Source: Calditrichia bacterium (GTDB taxonomy: Bacteria > Calditrichota > Calditrichia > RBG-13-44-9 > J075). From it: DNA of 64,000 nucleotides. Location of the stretch: assembly GCA_050633245.1 (NCBI GenBank), contig JBOEGD010000018.1, positions 188,084 through 252,083 on the forward strand. The letters are read 5' to 3'. Position numbers and translations under genes: made by a program. Positions 46,876 through 57,600 of this stretch are shown piece by piece (within the stretch, counting starts at the first letter, position 1; every line of letters begins with the position of its first letter). The notes below the pieces were generated by a model that was not told the DNA's origin, did no database searches, and worked only from the letters and a program-made list of their open reading frames with translations.

Positions 46876-49083
46876 CTAATCTTCTTCAATCTCGCGCAGA
46901 AGCTCGATTACAATATTAGTATCGCCGGCCAGTCTAAGTCTTTCAACCCATTCGGGGTCAGAAGCCAGTCGAGCAACTTCGGATAATAGAATCAAATGTG
47001 TTCCCGGATCGGATAAAGCACTAATCAATACAAAAAATATTGATGTTGGTTGACCGTCAGGCGCATCCATATCGAAACCGGTTTTGTTACGGACCAGAAT
47101 GCACACCGGTCTTTCCATTGTGGCACAGCGGCAATGCGGTACAGCAACACTATTTCCAAGCACTGTTGGCAATACTTGCTCTTGTTTCAGCAAATCGTTG
47201 CGCAATGTTTCATAAGGAAGATCCGGCGTGTTTTTTCGCGCCGCCTCCAATGAAGAGTGAACAATGTCCGAAAATGCTTTGGCGTCCAAATCTAGAATTG
47301 TATTGGTGTTTACAACTCTTGCAAGATGCACGTCGCGCTGCTTTAAATAAAGAATGGAATTGATCTCCACTGTCGGCACTATGTGTGGGGGAAAGAATAT
47401 CTTGTTCTCGGAAAAAGCGATCAGCGGAATGGATTCATTATTCTCCGGCAACAGTTGCTCCGAGTCCGCATGAAACTGCAGCATAGAATCGTGATGGCGA
47501 AGATCCAGAGAAACAGTGGAGGGCTTTTTCAGCATATCCCAAACGATAGTTCCTTTTCCTTCAGGAAGACTATCTCCAATACTGGGGGCGGTCCAGCGAA
47601 ATAAATTTGCCGCCGGAATATGCTCTGACCAGCGATCGCAAACCAGCTGGTTTAATGCTTTATTGTCGGTGAGAGCCAATACATTGCCAATGGTTGCAGT
47701 AAACTCAGGGGGGAGTTCCTCGACGGTGAGAGCACTTCCGTTCACGACTTTAAAACCCTCTGATTGAGCTTCAGCAATTGTATCTAAATCGGTGTCGATA
47801 AGAAGCACCGGAGATTGTGTTACCTTGGCAATAAACGATGAAATGCGTCTTGCAAACAAATGAGCACCGACAATTAGCCAGCCGCGTTTCTCTTTGGCAT
47901 TAACTCGCAAGAGTTTTGCAACGAAGTTGCCGCTAAGGCCCTGCACTAAAATGGTAGACGCGATTACGCTGAAGGTAAAAGCTTCCAAAAATGCAGCTTC
48001 TTCCTGCCCGGCAGATTTTAGCTGTAATGCGAACAACGAGGCCATGGAGCCTGCGATAATGCCGCGTGGAGCAATCCATGATAGAAACATACGATCTTTT
48101 ACCGGCATGTCTGTACCGACTGCGCTGGCAAATATACTCAGTGGACGAACCAGTAGTAAAACGCCGCCGAGCATGATAAGACCTTTCCATCCAAGCTTTA
48201 CAAAATTAGCCAGCTCCAGATTGGCTGCAAGCAGAATAAATAGAAAACCAATGGCTATTTCAGTTAACTCGGATTTAAACGTGATCAGGCTCTTTAGCTG
48301 TGGAGTTGTGCGCTTCCACCCAATCACCAGTCCGGCAATTACAACGGTCAAAATACCTGCTTCATGCATAATAAGATCGGAAAGGCCAAACAGAGCAATT
48401 GCCGAGGCAAGAACAAAGGTGTTAGTTTGCGCTTCAGGAACCCATTTGCGGCCGAGTGCTCCCTGAATTGCCAAGCCGCCGGCAATGCCGACAACCAAGC
48501 CTGTTCCAACACGTAATGCAAATAGATTGAAATTGCTTATAAAAGTGCCGTTGGCGCTCATCCATTCAAAGCACAATACGGCAATAAAAACCCCGATTGG
48601 GTCGATTAAAACGCCTTCCCAGTGAAGAATCTGGTGCAGTTCTTCTTTTACCTTAATTCGCTTTAGAAGAGGAGCGATAACGGTAGGGCCGGTAACAATA
48701 ATCAGGCTTCCAGCCAAAAGTGCCAGAGGGAAAGAATATCCGAAGACCAAAATTACGAGAGCTGTCGTTCCCAGCCAGGTTATAATGACGCCTATTGTTA
48801 GGAGTCGCCAGATTACTTTAGACGCTTTTTGATAGCCGGTACGATTTAGGGTCAGACCGCCCTCAAATAGGATAATGGCGACACAGATCGAGATAATAAT
48901 CTTTAGTCCGTCGCCGAGAGAAGCGGTATTTACGATGCCAAGAACCTCTGGACCAAGTAAAACACCACCGATAAGTAGCGGTACAATTGCTGGAATTTGA
49001 AGATGTTTGGCCAGCACAAAGCAGATTGCGCCGAAAAAGAGCGCGAAAATTACCGTAATCATCTGAAGAGTAAGAGGGTCCAT
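46876..49083 (-). CDS. CPA1 (NhaP-like) cation/proton antiporter with TrkA_N/RCK and C-terminal PTS EIIA domains
   Basis: IILFEGG, VTGPTVI, WEGVLIDPIG, IAPRGI (CPA1); LIVGAH (RCK); PTVLGNSVAVPHCR (EIIA phospho-His motif). Confidence 0.85.
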   Translation of the reverse strand: MDPLTLQMITVIFALFFGAICFVLAKHLQIPAIVPLLIGGVLLGPEVLGIVNTASLGDGLKIIISICVAIILFEGGLTLNRTGYQKASKVIWRLLTIGVIITWLGTTALVILVFGYSFPLALLAGSLIIVTGPTVIAPLLKRIKVKEELHQILHWEGVLIDPIGVFIAVLCFEWMSANGTFISNFNLFALRVGTGLVVGIAGGLAIQGALGRKWVPEAQTNTFVLASAIALFGLSDLIMHEAGILTVVIAGLVIGWKRTTPQLKSLITFKSELTEIAIGFLFILLAANLELANFVKLGWKGLIMLGGVLLLVRPLSIFASAVGTDMPVKDRMFLSWIAPRGIIAGSMASLFALQLKSAGQEEAAFLEAFTFSVIASTILVQGLSGNFVAKLLRVNAKEKRGWLIVGAHLFARRISSFIAKVTQSPVLLIDTDLDTIAEAQSEGFKVVNGSALTVEELPPEFTATIGNVLALTDNKALNQLVCDRWSEHIPAANLFRWTAPSIGDSLPEGKGTIVWDMLKKPSTVSLDLRHHDSMLQFHADSEQLLPENNESIPLIAFSENKIFFPPHIVPTVEINSILYLKQRDVHLARVVNTNTILDLDAKAFSDIVHSSLEAARKNTPDLPYETLRNDLLKQEQVLPTVLGNSVAVPHCRCATMERPVCILVRNKTGFDMDAPDGQPTSIFFVLISALSDPGTHLILLSEVARLASDPEWVERLRLAGDTNIVIELLREIEED

Positions 49084-49388
49084 AATAAATCAGCTCCAAA
49101 AAGAAAAACACGACCGGAATAGTCGTATTTCAGAGGATAATACTTTCCTTTTTTTGAATTTGCAACTTATTTGTCTACTAATACAGTTTGCGCTGAAAGT
49201 CACTAAAATGCAGATGGACTTGTTCATCTGCTTTACATCGTTTATTTCCGCGGTTTTAATCTACAGCGGATTCCATTATCCTCTGGCAAAAAGCTTTTCT
49301 TTTTCAGATAAACCCTTTGCAATATTTCTAATGATCGGTTGTCCAATAAAAAAGTACTGTAGTTTATTGTGTGTCTATATCAGAGAGG

Positions 49389-50198
49389 ATGCTGTACATG
49401 TGTCGATTAAACTTTCATAAACAAGTCTGTATCTATGCAATAACCGTTGCATTGTCGCTTATTTCATTAAGCTGTTCTTCAAATAAACACGTTGCGGGAA
49501 CATGGAATCCTGAACCACTTGTTGTCGATGGAAAAGGTGCAGAGTGGGAAACACTTTCAACGTCATATAATGATAAAATTGGCGCTGTTTACGGTGTGGT
49601 CAACGATGAATCCGGTATTCACGTAATGGTTCGTTTTAATGATGCTCGAACTGTTAGACGCATAAATCGTTTTGGAATGGTGCTCTGGTTCAACAGCGGA
49701 GATTCCAAAGATAGTCGTCTTGGGATTCGCTATGCTTCTGAAGACCGTGCATTTAGTGATAATGTCGAGATACCACGTAAACGAAATGACGTTAGTGAAA
49801 ATAAACCTGTTCAGTTAAAAGGCATCTACAGCGTTATCGATACAGATACAACGTTGATTACTGCTGCTCGCAATCGGGCAATATCTACTGCCGCTGCCAG
49901 CGATAATGGTCTTTATTGTTTCGAGGTCTCAGTTCCGTACTCTTTTGGCGAGAAGTTCAACAGCAGCCCGGGAGAGACAATCAAGTTGGGAATTGAACTT
50001 TCCGGGATGCCGAAAGAAATTCGCGAGCAGATGAGAGAACGCATGAGTGCGCGTAGAGGTGGTGGCCGGGCGGGTGGCGGAGGCGCACGTGGTGGTAGGC
50101 CCGGAGGTGGAAGGGCTGGTGGCAGTCCGGAAGGCAGAAGGCCGGATTTGGAAAAAAAAGACGTTTGGATCAATTTGAATCTTGCACAAAGACCTTGA
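49389..50198 (+). CDS. Hypothetical lipoprotein with Gly/Arg-rich C-terminal segment
   Basis: Lipobox-like ISLSC after a hydrophobic stretch; VVDGKGAEW; RRGGGRAGGGGARGGRPGGG; start uncertain (49371-49398). Confidence 0.65.
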   Translation: MLYMCRLNFHKQVCIYAITVALSLISLSCSSNKHVAGTWNPEPLVVDGKGAEWETLSTSYNDKIGAVYGVVNDESGIHVMVRFNDARTVRRINRFGMVLWFNSGDSKDSRLGIRYASEDRAFSDNVEIPRKRNDVSENKPVQLKGIYSVIDTDTTLITAARNRAISTAAASDNGLYCFEVSVPYSFGEKFNSSPGETIKLGIELSGMPKEIREQMRERMSARRGGGRAGGGGARGGRPGGGRAGGSPEGRRPDLEKKDVWINLNLAQRP

Positions 50199-50742
50199 CC
50201 TTATTTTACGCTGTTATTGAGTCTCATTCATTCCTCAGCGAATAAGTCAGACTCAATTGCAGCAACTTTCCTCGTTTATTTACTCTCCTTTTCTTTAGTT
50301 CAGTCCTCAGATGTCGACGTTAAGCACAGTGAATGATTAACTTCCAGTGCATACAAAGCGAGTTGACAAAAAATTCACTTTTTCAAAAACATTTTTCTAT
50401 TCAGCGCTTTATGACCTGCATTCTCTCTGTTTAACTCTATGCTAAGAGAGATGTACAAAGCCATGTCTTTCCGAGATAGACCGCTTCTGTTCGGTGCCAT
50501 AGGATTTGTATTTTAGATTCGTGCCAGACTAATGACCCAAATAGTCCCCTGGTGGTGTTTTCATCATCGGGGGGCTTGACCTTTGTGTCTGTTTCAGTAG
50601 ATAACATTAAGGACTGTTTAGGGTTTTTTCGTGTTTTTTTAGACTGCCAATTTTCAACTTTATTAGAATTTCTTAATAGTTACCAACTATTGATCTGGCT
50701 CACTCATTAGAGGCATAAATTTGCCTTTCTTTACGTCACATT

Positions 50743-51555
50743 TTGGCAAGATTGCAATCCATATATTTTGCTGAAACGATCCTTGGGGGACATGTGTCTG
50801 TAGCTGCCGCTGGAAATCTTGACTGGTCTGGCTCTGCTCCGATCGAGATGCCGGATTCGAAAACCGTACATCTTTGGCGAGCAACGCTTAATCCAACTGA
50901 GTCACTTCTGGAGAAGCATCGCAATATTTTGCGACCGGAAGAACTTTCTCGCGCTGCCAGATTCAAGTTTAATCGTCATCGCAATTCGTATATCACCGCA
51001 AGATCTCAATTGCGTCGACTTTTAAGCCTGTATCTTTCTGTCCCATCTGAAAAAATTGAGTTGCTGACCACTATTCATGGGAAGCCATATGTTCAATCGC
51101 CCAAATTACCAAAATTGCAGTTCAACCTTTCGCATTCACACGATCGGGTTGTTTATGCAATTGGCTCTACTTGTGATCTCGGAATTGACATCGAGTGGAT
51201 TAAGCCGGGCTTTGCCGACAGCGGAATTCCGGAGCGATTTTTTTCCTCTTCGGAAGTAGCGGCCTTACGCAGTGTCTCACTCGGGAAACAGGCTGAAGCA
51301 TTTTTCAACTGCTGGACGCGCAAGGAAGCTATCATCAAGGCAATAGGGCAAGGGCTCTCTCTACCGCTAGATGCCTTTGATGTTTCTCTTAAACCTGGTG
51401 AGCCGGCACGCGTTTTGGATATGCGAATTCCGCAAATTGATCAAGAATTTTGGCAAATTTGGGATATAAACGTCGATACTAATTACAAAGCTGCTCTGGC
51501 GCTGCAAGGGGATGTTGCACACTTGAGAAGTTTTGACTGTGACTTAACTCTATAA
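50743..51555 (+). CDS. Sfp-type 4'-phosphopantetheinyl transferase (likely start GTG 50794 or ATG 50848)
   Basis: HGKP, FNLSHS, LGIDIE, FFNCWTRKEAIIKAIGQGL. Confidence 0.92.
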   Translation: MARLQSIYFAETILGGHVSVAAAGNLDWSGSAPIEMPDSKTVHLWRATLNPTESLLEKHRNILRPEELSRAARFKFNRHRNSYITARSQLRRLLSLYLSVPSEKIELLTTIHGKPYVQSPKLPKLQFNLSHSHDRVVYAIGSTCDLGIDIEWIKPGFADSGIPERFFSSSEVAALRSVSLGKQAEAFFNCWTRKEAIIKAIGQGLSLPLDAFDVSLKPGEPARVLDMRIPQIDQEFWQIWDINVDTNYKAALALQGDVAHLRSFDCDLTL

Positions 51556-51660
51556 AAGGAAGTCCTAAAAATAGGTAGACTTCAGGGAATAAGCTCTACC
51601 TACAGCCTGTGAACACTCATTAGTTGTGTAGCGGCTGGCAATATATTTTGAGGGGATACG

Positions 51661-54600
51661 TTGTCTAAACTATCAAAAAAGCATTTTACTTATCTGAATA
51701 CGCTGAATAAGACGAATACGTCTATCGAACATACCACCTTTGCTCAGGATCAGATCGCCGAATTCGCTGTAAAATTTCCGAATCGTATTGCTGTTGAGAG
51801 CCTCAACGAGTCGCTCAGCTATAAGCAGCTTATGTCGCGAGCCGATCGAGTTGCCGCGGTACTGCGGAGCAATGATGTATCAGCTGGCGACTATGTCGGT
51901 ATCTGGATGGAGCGATCTCCTCAAATGGTAGTGGCGATTCTTGCCATTCTACGCGTAGGTGCTGCTTACGTCCCGTTAGATCCCGTCTATCCCGAGAAAC
52001 GTCTTCATTTTATCCTTGAGGATACGGCCTCAAAAATTGTTCTTACCGAAAGCCGATTCAAGCAGCAGCTTGAAAAGAAATCCCTGATAATTATTTGTGA
52101 AGATGATCTGCCGGAAGAGAAACATCTGAGTACCTCACTGCCGAAAAATTATAACTCTGCGAACCCTGTTTATATTATTCATACCTCCGGTTCTACCGGA
52201 ACACCAAAGGGCGTGCCGGTTAGCCAGCGCAACCTACAGCACTCAACCGCAGCTCGGGCAGAATATTACGATGGCCAGGTTGAAAAATTTCTTCTACTTT
52301 CCTCATTCTCGTTCGATAGCTCGGTAGCCGGAATTTTTTGGACGCTTACTCAAGGCGGAACGCTCTGTCTGCCAAAGTCTGGTGTTGAGCAGGATGCCCA
52401 TCGTATAGCAGAACACGTTAAATATTTTAAGCCAACACATATGCTTGCGCTGCCATCGCTGTATGCGTTGATTCTGGAGCAAACACAACCTGCGCAGCTA
52501 AACTCGCTAAAACATGTTATTGTTGCAGGCGAAGCCTGCCCACCAGCTCTCTGTCATCTTCACGCGCAAAAATTGCCAGAAACACGACTTTACAATGAAT
52601 ACGGACCAACAGAAGCATCTGTTTGGTCTACTGTATTTGAGATATCCAAAGGGTTCGACGGTGACATAGTTCCAATTGGAAAGCCAGTTGCGAATACCCG
52701 GGTATTCATTTTGAATGAGAAGCTTGAACCTGTTGCACAAGGCGAAGCCGGAGAACTGTATATTGGTGGAGAGGGCGTAACCGGTGGTTACCTAAATCGC
52801 GACGAATTGACTATTGAACGCTTCATAAAAGTACCCGCGCCTCTTGCTGACTATTTGCAGGAACATCAGCGTAATGCGATGCTCTATCGCACCGGCGACA
52901 AAGTGTTATGTAATTTCGATGGCTTCCTGGAATTTCACGGACGCGTCGATCAGCAGATCAAGCTTCGTGGGTATCGCATTGAGCCGGGTGAGATTGAAGC
53001 TTGTTTACAAAGTGTTAACCTTGTCACGGAAGCAGTTGTGTTACTTCGCGAAGATCGCCCCGGTATTAAACGCTTGGTTGGCTACGTGCTGGCAGGTGGT
53101 AAAAAGCCGGAAGCAGTAGAACTGAGAGCGCATTTACGCAAGTCGCTTCCCGACCATATGGTTCCAACCAGCTTTATGATGCTCGATGAGTTCCCGCGAA
53201 TTCCCAATGGCAAAGTTGATCGAAACGCATTTTCTGCTCCCGATCGTGGTCGGCCGCCTCTGGAACAAGCCTATGTTGCTCCGCAAAACGAGCTGGAAAA
53301 ACAGCTACACAAACTATGGTGCGATACGCTGGATCTGGAAGAAATCGGCGTTAACGACCCATTTTTCGATCTCGGTGGGGATTCGCTTTTGGCGGCGCGA
53401 TTTGTTGGCAACCTGCAACAATTGCTGGATGAACCGATTTTTGTAGTCACATTATTCTCAGCACCGACAATTTCTACTTACGCGTCCTTTTTGCTACGTG
53501 ACTATAAAAAGAGTGTAGCACGTTGGCTTGGCATAAGCGATTATGATTCTTCGACAGATCCGAAAAAACATACTTTACAAGATGATGATCTGAAACGATT
53601 TCAGTCAATCATCCCAACGCTCTCACTAGAAGCATCGGCATCTGAAGATTCAAAAAAGAATCCACGTGCCATGTTCATTCTGGCGCCACCTCGATCCGGA
53701 ACGACGCTTCTACGTGTGATGCTTGCCGGACATCCACAACTATTTGCCGCAAATGAACTGCAGCTGTTGGGATTTCAAACAATGGCAGAGCGCAGCAAAG
53801 CGTATTCTGGCAAATTTTCTCTTTGGCTGGATGGACTTATTCGCACCGTAATGGCGTTGCAAAACTGCACGGCCGATGAAGCTCGCAGCATTATCGCAGC
53901 TTATGAACAGCAGGGATTTACCACGCAACAAATGTTTGGTCAGCTTCAGGAATGGATTGGTGAAGCTATTCTTGTCGATAAATCTCCTCAGTACGCGCTC
54001 GATGTTAATGCCCTGCACAAGGCAGAGAAGGACTTTGCCGAGCCGCTATATATTCAACTGGTGCGTCATCCCTACGCCATGGTGTCTTCCTTCCGGAAGC
54101 GACGGATGGAGCAGGTTGTGTATTTAGATGAACATAGTTTCAATGCGCGGGAAACCGGCGAGCTGGTTTGGCTGGAAAGCCATCGTGTAGTTGGAAACTT
54201 CTTAAAAGATATTCCATCGAACCGAAAAGTTGTACTGCGTTATGAGGATTTGGTAACGCGCCCTAAGGAAGTGCTTCGTGGACTTTGTGATGCCTTCTTT
54301 CTGCCATTTGATGAAGCAGTTTTAAATCCATATCACAATTTAGATAATAAAATGATTGATGGTGTGTATTCTGATTCCACTCCAATGGGCGATCCAAAAT
54401 TTATGGAGCAGCGAGGCATTAATCCTGCGCTGGCCGATTCCTGGAAAGGCGTCGAAAAGGACAACTTTTTATCAGATATGACCTGGAAGCTGGCTGAGTC
54501 TCATGGATATGAGCGGCCAAAAACATCGATTCCGGTTAGTAAGTCGATCAGCTCTTCCACAGGTGATATTGCAATTGTGGGGATGGCTGGACGTCTTCCC

Positions 54601-57600
54601 GGTGCAGATTCTATAGATGCCTTTTGGGACAATCTTAAGCAGGGGATAGAGGCAATACAACCGCTTTCAGATGAGGCGCTGCTTAGCAGCGGTGTTGACA
54701 TCGAGACTCTGAAAAACCCGCTTTATGTTAAGGCTGGTGCGAGTGCAGCTGATATTGCCGGTTTCGATGCTGGTTTTTTTGGTTTTCACAAGCGCGAAGC
54801 GGAGATGATGGATCCGCAGCATCGCATGTTTCTTGAGGGGGCATGGTCTGCTCTTGAGCATGCCGGCTACGATCCCGAACGATATGAAGGCGATATCGGC
54901 GTCTTTGGTGGCGTTGCACGCAATAGCTATCTGACGGCAAATATGTTGACGCATCAGCAATACCGCGAGGGCGTTGGTGAATATATCAGCACTCTGGGAA
55001 GTGAAAAGGATTTTCCCGCTACCAGGGTTGCGCACAAGCTAAATCTGCGCGGTCCGGCTATGTCTGTGCAGACGGCTTGCTCTACTACAGGTGTTGCCAT
55101 TCATCTTGCGTCGCAAAGCTTACGCTATGGCGATTGCAATATGGCGATTGTCGGTGGCTGCCGTGTTCAGGTGCCGAATGACGTAGGGTATTTCCATCTG
55201 GAAGGTGGCCCACTGTCACCCGATGGACATTTAAGAGCATTCGATGCCGCTGCAAAAGGCATGGTAAAAGCAAGTGGTGGTGCGTTTCTGGTGCTTAAGC
55301 CGCTGGCTGACGCGCAGCGTGATGGTGATACCATTCACGCCGTTTTAAAAGCCAGCGCAATCAATAATGACGGATCGGATAAAGCCGGATTTACTGCGCC
55401 AGGTGTTGCCGGGCAGGCGAGAGTGGTACAGCAGGCAATTGAGCGTGCCGGCGTTTCTCCTGAAACCATCGGATACCTGGAAGCACATGGCACTGGAACA
55501 GTTCTTGGTGATCCCATCGAGGTCGCCGCGCTTACCAAAGCCTGGCGAAAACATACTGATAAAAAAGAGTTCTGTGCACTCGGCTCGGTTAAAACTAATA
55601 TCGGACACCTGGATGCCGGAGCGTGTGCGGCGAGCGTTATTAAGACAGTACTCGCACTTCAGCATAAAAAAATTCCTGCAAATCTACATTTTAATTCTCC
55701 GAATCCGCAGCTGGATTTGCCAAACAGCCCATTTTTTGTAAACAACTCGCTAATAGATTGGCCGGCGGCCGAGCATCCGAGACGAGCCGGAGTAAGTTCA
55801 CTCGGACTTGGTGGTACCAATGCACATTTAATTTTGGAAGAAGCACCTGAAATAGAGGCTGTTCCATCCGAAAGAAAGTCTTTTTTGCTGGTTGTATCTG
55901 CACGTACGGAAGTGGCATTGATGGCTGCGAGAGTAAATCTTGCAAACCATCTTGAGAGACATCCGGAAATCAATTTAGCAGATGTCTCTCATACGCTGCT
56001 TAATGGCCGAAAACTTTTTGATGAACGAGCCGCATTTGCTGTAGAAAGTCATGAGCACGCCGCTCACCTATTGCGCAATGCTGCTCCGCATCAAATGATT
56101 CGTTTAACTCAGCCTCGTATCGAACGACGAGTTGCCTTCCTGTTCGCCGGTGGTGGTGCTCAATATTTGCGCATGGGACAAGATCTTTATCAGGAAGAAC
56201 CGACATTCCGTGAAGCGGTTGACCTTTGTGCCGAAATTTTACGGCCACTGATCGATCGCGATATTCGCGAGGTTCTTTTCCCATCGGTGACAGATAAAGA
56301 TGATGATGCCTCGAAGGGGATGGAAACACCTTCATTGGCTCTTCCCGCACTCTTTACGATTCAATTTGCGTGTGCAAAGCTATGGATGTCCTGGGGCGTT
56401 GCGCCTACAGCGATGATCGGTCATAGCATGGGCGAATACACCGCAGCCTGTTTAGCGGGCGTCTTTTCATTGACTGATGCACTTGCTCTTATCACGCTGC
56501 GCGGACAGCTTTTCGAAACGCTTGCTGCCGGATCTATGCTTAGCGTTCCGCTGACAGAAAATGAACTTACGACTCATCTCGGCAACGACCTTTCTTTTGC
56601 CGCAATAAACCGTAGCGACTCCTGTGTGGTGTCCGGACCAACTCCGCAAATTAAAGCGTTACAGCAAAAACTTGAATCCAATGACATTGAGTGCACACTA
56701 CTGCGTATATCGGTAGCGGCTCATTCTGCGATGGTTGAACCTATTTTGGCACCCTTTCGCAAGTTTCTTGAAGGCGTGACGTTTAATGCGCCTAAGCTTC
56801 GCTTCGTATCCAACCTTAGTGGAACCTGGATTACTGCGGAAGAGGCGAAGAACCCTGACTATTGGGTAAAACATTTGCGCCAAACCGTGCGCTTTGCCGA
56901 TGGTCTTTCCTGTTTACTTCAGGATGAGCAGTGTGTGCTCCTCGAAGTTGGGCCGGGACGAACGCTTAGCTCGTTTGCCCGCCAGCATCCGGCTAAGAAA
57001 GATACGCACATCATAGGGTCCACCCTGAGACACCCACGAGAGCAGGTGCCGGATTTACCCTTTTTACTAAATAATGTCGGACTGTTATGGGCAGCAAATG
57101 CTGCTTTAAATTGGCAAGAATTTTTGGGTGCAGGCCGTCGTCGTGTGCCGCTACCGACATACCCTTTTGAAAGAAAACGATACTGGATTGAACCACTTAT
57201 TAACGCAGCATCGATAAGCGATGATAGCAGTTCAGGGATAGAAACTATAAGCGTTACAGAGGATCAAATTGTGACAAATCAACCGAACATACCGCCCCGC
57301 TCAGAGCGAATCGGTGACGAGCTTCAGCGAATTATCCACGAGTTGAGCGGTGTAGACATGAAAGCGATCGCCCGCGATACCAGCTTTTTGGAGCTCGGCT
57401 TCGACTCGTTGTTCCTGACGCAAGCTAACTCGGCGTTCCAAAAGCTGTTTAAAGTAAAAATTTCGTTCAGGCAACTTTTTGAAGAGGCACCCACAATAAA
57501 TATGCTTGCTGCCTTCATCGACCAAAAAATGCCAGCAGATGCTTTTCCAGCGCCAACGCCGGAACCTGTTGCAGCACCGTCTGCACCAGCTGCGCCGATG

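Noticed and set aside
50050-50145. GC-rich GGT/GGC repeats as a mobile or G-quadruplex element
   Set aside because: Explained by the Gly/Arg low-complexity coding segment of the lipoprotein
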